Assembly (NCBI GenBank): GCA_038063455.1
Contig: JBBTVB010000002.1
Coordinates: 1,296-65,295, forward strand
Direction: 5' to 3'
DNA: 64,000 nt
From: Patescibacteria group bacterium
Lineage (GTDB): Bacteria; Patescibacteriota; Patescibacteriia; PEXW01
Shown: positions 25,777 to 34,181 of the stretch, in pieces
Layout: the number at the start of each line of letters is the position of its first letter
Position numbering within the stretch: position 1 is the stretch's first letter
Notes under the pieces: generated by a model
Told to the model about the DNA's origin: nothing
The model's input: only the letters and a program-made list of their open reading frames with translations
The model's database searches: none
Position numbers and translations under genes: made by a program

Positions 25777-26481
25777 CTAGGCCGTCAGGTTAAAGTGATC
25801 GCCCAGGACTTTACCAATCACGTAGCCGAGCACGGCGGCGGAGAGTGAAATAGTGGTCATCTCTATGCCGCTGCGAATTGCCGACCGGTTAACCAAACGC
25901 GCTTTGCCCACGCCCACAAAAAAGAGGGCCAGCACGGTAAGGATGACAGACAGCCACAACGCCGTGGCCACCGGCAAGAACAGGTACGGGCCAATGGGAA
26001 TAATGCCGGCAATGAGATACGTAACGCCCATGTAGAGCGCGTTCAAACGCGGCTGCTCTTTACCTGGTAAATCCAGGTGCAAACCGTGCGCGTTCAACTC
26101 GCTAAAGAATAACTTGTCGTTGGGACGTACCCGTTTGAGTAAGACGCGAATCTCGGCAAGTTTGAAACCGCTCTTCTTATACGCCGCGGTTAACGCCCGC
26201 AGGGCTTTGGGCCGATTGCGCTTGAGTGCGGCCGCTGCCCGCTGCAGCGCATCCACATCTGCTTCTTGTTTGGACTTTGAGGAGAGGAAGGTGCCGGCAG
26301 CCATGGAAAGCGACTCAACGAAAATGACGACAATACCGGAAAGGATAACCAAAAAACGGTTTGACGTGCCGCCCGCCACCCCGGAAATAACCCCCAGCGT
26401 GGAAACCAGACTGTCTTCAATGCCAAAAACCACCTCGCGGATTTCCATTTGCAACCGAGCGCGGAATGTTTGTTTTGGCAT
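25777..26481 (-). CDS. VIT1/CCC1-family iron/manganese transporter
   Basis: N-terminal R..VFG..D.LVS..G.ISG block and five TM helices typical of VIT. Confidence 0.8.
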   Translation of the reverse strand: MPKQTFRARLQMEIREVVFGIEDSLVSTLGVISGVAGGTSNRFLVILSGIVVIFVESLSMAAGTFLSSKSKQEADVDALQRAAAALKRNRPKALRALTAAYKKSGFKLAEIRVLLKRVRPNDKLFFSELNAHGLHLDLPGKEQPRLNALYMGVTYLIAGIIPIGPYLFLPVATALWLSVILTVLALFFVGVGKARLVNRSAIRSGIEMTTISLSAAVLGYVIGKVLGDHFNLTA

Positions 26482-26511
26482 GGGTATAGTGTACCTCGCG
26501 TAACGGTCGGC

Positions 26512-27384
26512 TTACAAACGCACAATTTCCCCTTTACGGCGCACCAATTGCTCTGCGGTAAGCCGCGTCAGGAGCAAGCGAAAACGCTTCAGTCCCAAAC
26601 CTTGTTGCAGCAATGCTTGCTGCAAAGCCTGGGTACGAGAAGATTTCTTCGGTACTGTTTGTAACATAGCGATAATTTTCCCGCGCCAGTACCGGTCGCT
26701 ATCGGTAAAAGATTGTTGCTTAGCGCGGACCGGTGCAGGAGCAGTCAAGATCGCAGGGTATGCAGCGCAATTTTTTTGTAAAGGGCACACTGCACACTTC
26801 GGCGTGCGGGCTGTACACATGGTGGCACCAAAATCCATCAACGCAGAATTCCACGCCACGCTGTTGCTAGGCACGTGCTCGCTGGCCAACTGCCACATGA
26901 CCGGCTCGGTAATGCGCTGCGGGCCAGTGACTCCGTGGTACACCCGACCCAACACCCGTCGCACGTTTACATCGACCAGCGCCACCGGGGCGCCAAAGGC
27001 AAAACACGCGACAGCAGCGGACGTGTACGGCCCAATCCCTGGGAGCTGCTGCAATTCCTGGGGCGTCCTCGGTAATGTGCCATCATACTTTTTAACGACT
27101 TGCTTAGCGAGTTGATGCAAGTTACGCGCTCGCCGGTTGTAGCCAAGGCCCGACCACGCGGTAATCACACTCCCCTGCCTGGCGCGGGCCAAATGTCGCA
27201 AGGTCGGGAATTTTTGAAGAAAAACTTGGTACTTTGGAATCACCCGGTCCACCTGGGTCTGCTGCAGCATCATTTCCGAAACCAGGATGTGATATGGATT
27301 CTTTGTCCGGCGCCACGGCAAATCCCGCTGGTGTTTGCCATACCAGCTGAGCAATCGGCGTTGTAGGGTGCGACGCTGGCCCAT
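26512..27384 (-). CDS. mutY: A/G-specific adenine glycosylase (MutY family)
   Basis: LPWR..K.PY.ILVSE.MLQQTQV, an HhH region, and the Fe-S cluster C..R.P.C..CP....C. Start moved to the ATG at 27384 so it no longer overlaps ispH. Confidence 0.85.
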   Translation of the reverse strand: MGQRRTLQRRLLSWYGKHQRDLPWRRTKNPYHILVSEMMLQQTQVDRVIPKYQVFLQKFPTLRHLARARQGSVITAWSGLGYNRRARNLHQLAKQVVKKYDGTLPRTPQELQQLPGIGPYTSAAVACFAFGAPVALVDVNVRRVLGRVYHGVTGPQRITEPVMWQLASEHVPSNSVAWNSALMDFGATMCTARTPKCAVCPLQKNCAAYPAILTAPAPVRAKQQSFTDSDRYWRGKIIAMLQTVPKKSSRTQALQQALLQQGLGLKRFRLLLTRLTAEQLVRRKGEIVRL

Positions 27385-27388
27385 GGCG

Positions 27389-28390
27389 CTAGCGCACGCG
27401 CATTTTGGTATGTTGCTGGATGGCGTGCTTTGCCAAAATCGCTTTGCCCGCACCGGCGGCTTGCGCCGCCTTGAGTATCTCGGGTGGCAGGGCAAAATAT
27501 ACAGACTCGTGCAAAGTTTCTACATCTTTCGGCGTCCCGCCGCCCAATGCTTGGACGCGCTGCACAACTTGAATAAAAATATCCTCCGGGGTCGAAGCGC
27601 CCGACGTAACGCCAACAGCCCGTGCGCCGTCGAGCCAGGCCGATAAAATTTCTTCCGGTGTGTTGATCATGTACGCCCGGCTGCCGGATTTTTCTGCAAC
27701 TTCGCGCAAACGGTTGGCGTTCGAGCTGGTGGTTGAACCTACGACAATAACCACGTCACAGCGACTCGCCAGGTCTTTCACTGCAGTTTGCCGGTTCGTC
27801 GTGGCGTAGCAAATATCGCCTTTTGGCGGCGTCGTCATTTTTGGAAAGCGCTCGCGGAGCACGGCCATTATCTCCACCACGTCATCGACACTCAACGTAG
27901 TTTGTGAAAGCACGACAACTTTGTCTGGATTTTTCACCCGCACGGTTCGGGCTTCCTGCACATTGTCCACTAAGGTCGTCACCGCCGGCGCCTCGCCCAT
28001 GGTGCCAACCATTTCTACGTGCCCGCGGTGGCCCACCAGCAAAATTTCGTACCCTTCGCGCGCGTACCGAATCGCTTCCAAATGCACGCGCGTTACCAGC
28101 GGGCAGGTGGCGTCAATAACCCGCAGTCGTTTGGCTAGGGCTTCGGCCCGCAAACTCGGCGGCACGCCATGAGCGCTAAAAACTGTGACCGCGCCGTCGG
28201 GCACGTGGGTCAAATCCTCAACAAAAATTGCACCCTTTTCTACGAGCTGCTGCACCACGTGCGTATTGTGGACAATCTGATGCTTCATGTATACCGGCTT
28301 GCCATAGAGCTCCAGCGCCAGCTCGACAATGTCTATGGCCCGGTCAACGCCGGCGCAGAAACCACGGGGTTTTGCGAGCAAAATGTCCAT
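27389..28390 (-). CDS. ispH: 4-hydroxy-3-methylbut-2-enyl diphosphate reductase
   Basis: MDILLAKPRGFCAGVDRAI N-terminus. Conserved Cys residues and the SAHGV and VVGS..SSN blocks. Confidence 0.9.
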   Translation of the reverse strand: MDILLAKPRGFCAGVDRAIDIVELALELYGKPVYMKHQIVHNTHVVQQLVEKGAIFVEDLTHVPDGAVTVFSAHGVPPSLRAEALAKRLRVIDATCPLVTRVHLEAIRYAREGYEILLVGHRGHVEMVGTMGEAPAVTTLVDNVQEARTVRVKNPDKVVVLSQTTLSVDDVVEIMAVLRERFPKMTTPPKGDICYATTNRQTAVKDLASRCDVVIVVGSTTSSNANRLREVAEKSGSRAYMINTPEEILSAWLDGARAVGVTSGASTPEDIFIQVVQRVQALGGGTPKDVETLHESVYFALPPEILKAAQAAGAGKAILAKHAIQQHTKMRVR

Positions 28391-28451
28391 ATGCTAACGC
28401 TACCATACGCCCCTAGAATATTCCAAGCCAGTACGCTAAAATGCCAGCACC

Positions 28452-29963
28452 ATGAGCTCCAACACCCTGTACCGGAAATACCGCCCGCAGCGTTTTGCTG
28501 ACCTGCTCGGCCAAACGCACGTTGCGCAGACGCTGCAAAACGAAGTAGAGCGCAAGCAGCTGGGCCATGCCTACCTTTTTTCCGGGCCCCGCGGCATTGG
28601 CAAGACCAGCTCGGCGCGCATCTTGGCCAAAGCCGTCAACTGCCTGCACCCCAAAAAGGGCGAGCCAGACAATACCTGCGAAGCTTGCATCAGTATTAAT
28701 GAAAACCGCGCACTGGATGTTTTGGAAATTGACGCGGCCTCGTACACCGGCGTGGATAACATCCGCGACGTTATTGAACACAGCCGTTTTACCCCCAGCG
28801 CACTTACCTACAAGGTCTTTATTGTGGACGAAGTACACATGCTCTCGGCCGCGGCTTTTAATGCGTTACTCAAAACTTTGGAAGAGCCGCCCAGCCACGT
28901 GCTCTTTATCCTGGCCACGACGGAGCTGCATAAAGTGCCGGAGACTATCCTCTCGCGCTGCCAGCGTTTTGACTTCCGGCGCTTGAGCGATGCTGACTTG
29001 GGCAAGCGCTTGCGTTGGATTGCGCAGCAGGAAGAACGCACGGTGGATGATGAAGTTATTGAAGCCGTCGTCCGGGTTGCCGATGGCAGCAGCCGCGACG
29101 CCGAGAGTATTTTGGGCCAGCTCTTTGCCTTGGGCGGGAAGAAGATAACCCATGCCGAAGCCGACCTGGTGCTGCCGCGCTCGAATCAAGCGGCGGTTGA
29201 TGCACTGGTTACTGCGTTACTCAGCAACGACCAAGCCCAGGGTTTAACACTGGTGCAAGAAAATGCTGACCAAGGTACAGACCTCGAAGCCTTTCGGAAC
29301 GACATTGTGCGTCGGCTACGCGATTGCTTGCTGGCCCGGGTGATTCCAGCGCAACAGCGAAACATCCCGGCTGCAGTGCAAGAAGCCCTCGCTGGTGTGC
29401 CGGCACAACGGCTCGTACGCATGCTCGATGTCTTTCTCGACGTGCAACGCTACGTGAGTGTTGCGCCTATGCCGCAGCTCCCGCTTGAACTGGCCGTGGT
29501 TGAATCTACAACTGATGCACCAACGACACCAGCAATGCAGATACAACCAACCGCAACTGCAAAAGTACCAACTGCCCCAGCACCGGCGCCCACACCACCG
29601 ACCAACGGCAACCAACTCTGGCAATCAATAGTCAACAAGGTTTCGCATACGGTGCCAATGCTCGCCCTTTCTCTAAAAATGGTGCTGCCGGTGAGCCAGG
29701 ACGAAACCTCGCTCAAGCTTGCCAGCCCGTTCAAACTCCATGTAGAGCGCTTGCAAACCCCCAAAGCGATTGCCATACTCGAGTCCGCGGCTGGAAAAGG
29801 GGTCACGGTAACCATACACCACGACCCAGAGCTCAAACTTGACATGCCTGCAAGCACAACGCAGAATACCCCGAGTGAAGCATTTACCAATTCGCCCATA
29901 CAAACTCCGGCAGCCTCGGGCGATAAGCTCTGGGACCAGATTGTAAGCGCATTCAACGGCTAG
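28452..29963 (+). CDS. dnaX: DNA polymerase III subunit gamma/tau
   Basis: YRKYRPQ.F..L.GQ, Walker A GPRGIGKTS, a C..C Zn module, Walker B IVDEVHML and SRCQRF. Confidence 0.9.
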   Translation: MSSNTLYRKYRPQRFADLLGQTHVAQTLQNEVERKQLGHAYLFSGPRGIGKTSSARILAKAVNCLHPKKGEPDNTCEACISINENRALDVLEIDAASYTGVDNIRDVIEHSRFTPSALTYKVFIVDEVHMLSAAAFNALLKTLEEPPSHVLFILATTELHKVPETILSRCQRFDFRRLSDADLGKRLRWIAQQEERTVDDEVIEAVVRVADGSSRDAESILGQLFALGGKKITHAEADLVLPRSNQAAVDALVTALLSNDQAQGLTLVQENADQGTDLEAFRNDIVRRLRDCLLARVIPAQQRNIPAAVQEALAGVPAQRLVRMLDVFLDVQRYVSVAPMPQLPLELAVVESTTDAPTTPAMQIQPTATAKVPTAPAPAPTPPTNGNQLWQSIVNKVSHTVPMLALSLKMVLPVSQDETSLKLASPFKLHVERLQTPKAIAILESAAGKGVTVTIHHDPELKLDMPASTTQNTPSEAFTNSPIQTPAASGDKLWDQIVSAFNG

Positions 29964-30023
29964 CTATTCCGAGATCGTCTAATGGCCCCGCCGCAGCGGG
30001 GTCCCGCTATGGCGGGATAGGAC
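29964..30023 (+). pseudogene. duplicated 5' fragment of tRNA-Gln carrying a 32-nt double-hairpin insertion
   Basis: CTATTCCGAGATCGTCTAATGG + CCCCGCCGCAGCGGGGTCCCGCTATGGCGGGA + TAGGAC. The intact gene at 30275-30302 reads CTATTCCGGGATCGTCTAACGG + TAGGAC. Confidence 0.7.
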
Positions 30024-30029
30024 ATCACT

Positions 30030-30293
30030 ATGCAAAGCTACACGGTATACATCCTACAAAGTAGGAAGGATGGAGGGTACTACATCGGACAAACTGAAAA
30101 CCTAGGAGCTCGAGTCAAGAAACATGAACTAGGTCAAGTGCGGTCAACAAAGAATAGACGACCGTTCGTGTTGATTCAATCAGAAGGTTACAAGACAAGA
30201 GGTGAAGCTAGAAAAAGGGAAAACTACTTAAAAAGTCTGAAAGGAGGAAACGAGTTCAAAAAAATTATCAGTAACTATTCCGGGATCGTCTAA
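30030..30293 (+). CDS. GIY-YIG nuclease-family protein, 87 aa
   Basis: YTVYILQS..GGYYIGQTENL..R..KH motif. Looks AT-richer than its flanks. The last 5 codons and the TAA stop lie inside tRNA-Gln, at its positions 1-15. Confidence 0.8.
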   Translation: MQSYTVYILQSRKDGGYYIGQTENLGARVKKHELGQVRSTKNRRPFVLIQSEGYKTRGEARKRENYLKSLKGGNEFKKIISNYSGIV

Positions 30294-30352
30294 CGGTAGG
30301 ACTTCAGGTTCTGGTCCTGAATATCCTGGTTCGAATCCAGGTCCCGGAACCA
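30279..30352 (+). tRNA. tRNA-Gln (anticodon CTG), CCA encoded
   Basis: Acceptor TCCGGGA/TCCCGGA. D-stem GTC/GAC. Anticodon stem TCAGG/CCTGA with loop TTCTGGT. T-arm CCTGG-TTCGAAT-CCAGG. Confidence 0.9.
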
Positions 30353-30366
30353 CGCATTGCTAATCC

Positions 30367-30915
30367 ATGATTGACCACTCACAACTCACTCATCTGGGCG
30401 ACCTCACCTGGCCGGATGTTTTTGAGATTTGGCGGAAGAATGAAGCTGACTCCGAGGCTTGGCGTACAGCCTACACGGCGCGCGGGTTCGACTCCTGGGC
30501 AGCCTGGCGTATGAGCTATGCGGAACCGCTCAAACTGCCGACGCTTTCCTGGGCTTTGTACCAAGTAGACGAACCTGTCGCTACTGTCCCGCAATTTTTC
30601 GGCGGGCCGTTTCGAAGCTGGGTGGAACGCTACTACAATGGGGCGCCGCGTCTTGCCTTCCGGACCCTGGCCAGTCAGTCGACACCCCAGGCGAGTAAAA
30701 AAATACAACAACTTGTACAAAAGTTTCCAAGTCAGACTACCATTACCGGAATTCAGCTGGGGAACAGCACTATCATCGTGGAAGGCATGCACCGTTGTAT
30801 TGCTTTGGCAATTGCCAAAGCAACCGGCAAGAATATTTCCACACAATTACATCTCGTCCTAGCCGAACATCCCGATACAGAGCTGCCGCTGGTAGGACAA
30901 AGCACAAAGGACTAG
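30367..30915 (+). CDS. hypothetical protein, 182 aa (possible ParB/Srx-like C-terminal motif)
   Basis: Long ORF starting 14 nt after tRNA-Gln. IIVEGMHRCIALAIA weakly recalls the (D/E)GxHR motif of ParB-like nucleases. Confidence 0.5.
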   Translation: MIDHSQLTHLGDLTWPDVFEIWRKNEADSEAWRTAYTARGFDSWAAWRMSYAEPLKLPTLSWALYQVDEPVATVPQFFGGPFRSWVERYYNGAPRLAFRTLASQSTPQASKKIQQLVQKFPSQTTITGIQLGNSTIIVEGMHRCIALAIAKATGKNISTQLHLVLAEHPDTELPLVGQSTKD

Positions 30916-30943
30916 AGCAAAGTGCAATCCAAGTTACCCACAT

Positions 30944-30973
30944 TTGACCCCTTCGCTCCGGTGGGTGTAGAAT
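30944..30973 (+). promoter_or_regulatory. sigma70-like promoter of the riboswitch-led operon
   Basis: TTGACC-18nt-TAGAAT, with a TG two nucleotides upstream of the -10. Confidence 0.6.
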
Positions 30974-30984
30974 TTGCGTACAGT

Positions 30985-31205
30985 TCTGTTCCACGAGGAT
31001 ACGATCAGGGAATGGGGTGAGGCCAGCCAGGCTATTCCCCAGCAGTCGCGCTACTGTAATCTGCCCAACGGCAGAGAGCCAGAGTACTGATCCAGAGCTG
31101 AAACAGTATACCCTTCGCGAAATAAGGGAATGACTCATACGAAGACTCGATATGAGTCTATCGTTATGACCATTTTCCTCCCCGCGAGCAAATGGTTCTT
31201 TTATA
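30985..31205 (+). promoter_or_regulatory. cobalamin (B12) riboswitch-like leader with terminator expression platform
   Basis: AGGGAATGGGGTGAGG...CAGCAGTCGCGCTACTGTAA...GAGCCAGAGTACTGATC resembles the core AGGGAA/GGGUGAG/GCAGCCCCCGCUACUGU and the B12 box. GATCAG (31003) pairs with CTGATC (31086). A terminator-like stem ACCATTT/AAATGGT plus TCTTTTAT lies at 31168-31204. Confidence 0.75.
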
Positions 31206-31228
31206 CATACGAAAGATTGGAGTAATAC

Positions 31229-31801
31229 ATGAAAGAACAGTCAGTAGCAAGAAGGACTTTTTTAAGAATGGCAGGACGAGGACTCATCACCATCGTCACC
31301 GGTGGCACGATACTTAGCCTCTTGGAATCTTGTGGCAATGATACAGACCTTGGACTCAATCCCAAGGAAAACGGATTTTCACTGGAACCCACAGGCGCAA
31401 CCTATGAAGGTCGACGAGTATTCCGTACGGTTAGCCCTGCAACCAACATCCACCGTACGCTATGGCCCCCGCCACCGCCCGACTGCCACGTGGAAAAAGA
31501 ATTCCCGGTGAACTTCATCCCACCAGGCGAATCCATAACTATGCTGGAAGCACTGGTTGGTGCAGGCCACACACTTGAGCTGGTGGAGTACCCAGGCCTT
31601 GGCTGGTACGTTATCCGGATAGATAACGGCTGCCACCCCAGTGGCAAGTACGGCTGGGTATTCAACGGGCTAGGTGCCAGCGGACCGATACCTATTGATG
31701 GATCGGTGAGCAACATCCCCCTTTCCTTTGGCAACTACGTGCAGTACGAGTACAACCAACCAGTTCCGCAAAGAAACATACCGGCTGATGCAACCTACTA
31801 G
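31229..31801 (+). CDS. Tat-signal lipoprotein with DUF4430-like (transcobalamin beta-domain-like) domain
   Basis: ARRTFLRMAG twin-arginine motif and an LLESC lipobox-like site. ITMLEAL..AGHTLELVEYPGLGWYVIRIDN...YGWVFNG...FGNYVQYEY fits the DUF4430 pattern. Confidence 0.65.
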   Translation: MKEQSVARRTFLRMAGRGLITIVTGGTILSLLESCGNDTDLGLNPKENGFSLEPTGATYEGRRVFRTVSPATNIHRTLWPPPPPDCHVEKEFPVNFIPPGESITMLEALVGAGHTLELVEYPGLGWYVIRIDNGCHPSGKYGWVFNGLGASGPIPIDGSVSNIPLSFGNYVQYEYNQPVPQRNIPADATY

Positions 31802-31805
31802 CAAC

Positions 31806-31846
31806 GGAAGGGAGAGCGACACAACCTCTCCCTTCCCCAATTTTTC
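31806..31846 (+). terminator. terminator-like hairpin between the first and second genes of the cluster
   Basis: GGAAGGGAGAG / CTCTCCCTTCC 11-bp stem followed by CCAATTTTTCT. Confidence 0.5.
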
Positions 31847-31877
31847 TCACAATCCCCTCGTTTTATAACCCTGCCAT

Positions 31878-33647
31878 ATGAAAAAAATATATAGCGTAGT
31901 GCTGCTGCTCACCTTACTGGTTAGCTTTGCGCCGGTCCGCGCAGCTGTGGACCAAAGCACGGTCGCCTACTTGCAACAAATCAGCCAGAACGCCTGGACC
32001 ACCCAAGCCCTGGTGGCAGCTGGGGTGCAAAATGTACATATTGACTACCTGGCTGGCACGAACCCAGTCACGGCTAGCGACTATGCCAAAACCATCCTAG
32101 CTCTGGCTGCGGCCGGCAAAAATCCAGCCGCCTACAATGGCAAAAACTTTCTCACGGGTTTATCGGCCTTGTACCAGAGCAACCAGCTTGGCGACCTAAC
32201 CTTGCTCTCTGACGACTTCTGGGGGTTGCTGGCCTTGGGTGCAGCCGGCGTGGGTGCGCAGGATACCGTCGTAACTGGAGTTCGGCAGTTTATTGCCAGC
32301 CACCAGAATAGCGATGGCGGCTGGTCGTATGCCCCGGCCACCGAGAGTGATACCAACGACACTGCCGCGGCAGTTATGGCGCTAGTCGAGGGCGGTCTGG
32401 CGGCAAGTAATGCCAAAATCCAATCAGCCATTACCTACCTCCGCAACCAGCAAAATACCGACGGTGGCTTTGCCTTTACCAAAGGCTTTGAATCCGACAG
32501 CGCCTCTGACGCCTGGGTTATTGCGGCGCTCAAAAAGGTCGGCGTGGATGCCGCCAGCTGGCAGGTCAATGGAAAAAATCCAGTAACGCACTTAGAAAGC
32601 TTGCGCCTGGACACTGGCGCCTTTACCTGGGTAGCTTCCAACCGCCAAGCCAACCCGTTGATGACCGCGTATGCCGCCGTTGCGCTAAGCGGTAAGAGCT
32701 TCCCAGTGCTGCGCTACACGCAAGAGGTTGGCCCGCTACCAGTAACCACGCAGCTGCGCATCGAGGCGCCGGCCGGCACCCTCTGCGACACGGCAGTGCT
32801 GGCTGCAACAGCGTTGGAGATTTTGGAAAAAGGCGCGGCGCTGTGCAACTACACCTACCAAGTGGTGAACACGACCTTGGGCAAGTACGTGCAGTCCGTC
32901 AACGGTGTAGCCGCGGCCGGCAACCAGGGTTGGCTGTACCGCGTTAACTGGCAGGCACCGGCGGTGGGTGCGGCTGACTACAGCCTGCAACCCGGTGACT
33001 ACGTCATGTGGTCATTCGGCAAGTCCAGCGACGTGCCGATCAAGCTAACCTTGGCGACTGACCCGCTACGCGTCGGTCAAGAACGCACGGCAACGGTGGA
33101 ACACTTTGATACCAGCTGGCACCCGACCGCCGGCGCGCAACTGATTGTCGGCAGCCAGCACTACACTACAGATGCGGCTGGACATGCGGTCATCGCGCCT
33201 GCCGCCGCCGGCAGCTACAACGCCTATGCCGAAAAAACTGATGCCATTCGCAGCAGCCGCGTCACGCTGACCGTTGTTACGGGCGCCAGCCAAACTGTGG
33301 ACCTTTCGGTAAATATTGATAACCCAATTGTCGGCGGTGACAGCATTGGCTTTATCGTCACGCCCGATGCCGTCACGTTTGGCACACTCAAGCCTGGACA
33401 ATCGGCCACCGGTGCACTCAACGTAAAAAACATCGGGCAGACGAATATTCGAGTGGAAGCGGCAGTGAGTGGCGACGCATTGTTCCAACAGTCGCTCTCG
33501 CTCAACGCCGGTGCCTGGGCAGACTACGAAGCCAACCTGAACAAAGCGCAAGATGCCAATGTCCAGCTAGCCCTGGCCGTGCCGCAGACCTACCAGGACG
33601 CAGGCCAAAAAACCGGCCAGCTCATTTTCTGGGCCAGCGCCCGCTAG
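31878..33647 (+). CDS. secreted alpha/alpha-toroid (prenyltransferase/terpene-cyclase-like repeat) + DUF4430 + Ig-like protein
   Basis: Signal peptide. Repeats SDGGWSYAP..ESDTNDTAAAVMAL and TDGGFAFTKGFESDSASDAWVIAAL. DUF4430-like block YVQSVNGV...GWLYRVNW......Y.LQPGDYVMWSFG. Beta-rich C-terminus. Confidence 0.7.
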   Translation: MKKIYSVVLLLTLLVSFAPVRAAVDQSTVAYLQQISQNAWTTQALVAAGVQNVHIDYLAGTNPVTASDYAKTILALAAAGKNPAAYNGKNFLTGLSALYQSNQLGDLTLLSDDFWGLLALGAAGVGAQDTVVTGVRQFIASHQNSDGGWSYAPATESDTNDTAAAVMALVEGGLAASNAKIQSAITYLRNQQNTDGGFAFTKGFESDSASDAWVIAALKKVGVDAASWQVNGKNPVTHLESLRLDTGAFTWVASNRQANPLMTAYAAVALSGKSFPVLRYTQEVGPLPVTTQLRIEAPAGTLCDTAVLAATALEILEKGAALCNYTYQVVNTTLGKYVQSVNGVAAAGNQGWLYRVNWQAPAVGAADYSLQPGDYVMWSFGKSSDVPIKLTLATDPLRVGQERTATVEHFDTSWHPTAGAQLIVGSQHYTTDAAGHAVIAPAAAGSYNAYAEKTDAIRSSRVTLTVVTGASQTVDLSVNIDNPIVGGDSIGFIVTPDAVTFGTLKPGQSATGALNVKNIGQTNIRVEAAVSGDALFQQSLSLNAGAWADYEANLNKAQDANVQLALAVPQTYQDAGQKTGQLIFWASAR

Positions 33648-33651
33648 CCCT

Positions 33652-34149
33652 ATGCGCCGCTTGCTCTTACTAATTGGTTGCCTGGCACTATTCTGGCCGC
33701 TGGGCCTGCACGCTGCGGGTATCCTGGTACAACCCAGCAGCCTGCGGGTCGAGGTGCCGGTGGGCCAAACGCGTGAAGAAAAATTTACTGTCCAAAACCT
33801 TACGGACGCGCCGGCAACATTCACGGTCTCGGCCGATGAATTGCCAGAGGTCTTCCAGATTCCTGACAACAAATTCAGTTTGACCGGGCAGGAACGCAAA
33901 ACCGTAAACGTACGCATAACCCCAACTGCCGGCGGCGTCTCCACCACCAATCTTTCGATTGTGGCCGCAAGTAGCGAACCAACCACTTTTAACGCTGCGG
34001 CCGGGGTCAAAGTGCCGGTCACGCTGGTGGGTTTACCCAAGGTCAAAAAATATCCCTGGACGCTATTTGCGCTTATCGCTGGGGTGACGGTGACGCTTGC
34101 AGGAGGGCTTGGCTATATCTACTGGGGACGACGAAACCCGGTGCAGTAG
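33652..34149 (+). CDS. small secreted beta-sandwich-like protein with C-terminal TM anchor
   Basis: Signal peptide, alternating beta pattern, then a C-terminal helix plus GRRNP. It begins 5 nt after the upstream stop. Confidence 0.55.
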   Translation: MRRLLLLIGCLALFWPLGLHAAGILVQPSSLRVEVPVGQTREEKFTVQNLTDAPATFTVSADELPEVFQIPDNKFSLTGQERKTVNVRITPTAGGVSTTNLSIVAASSEPTTFNAAAGVKVPVTLVGLPKVKKYPWTLFALIAGVTVTLAGGLGYIYWGRRNPVQ

Positions 34150-34181
34150 GCGGGAAGCAGAGGGCGTGCTAGGGTTGCTTT

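Noticed and set aside
28452-29963. Programmed -1 frameshift site in dnaX (gamma/tau), as in E. coli.
   Set aside because: I found no A AAA AAG-type slippery heptamer with a downstream hairpin within the gene.
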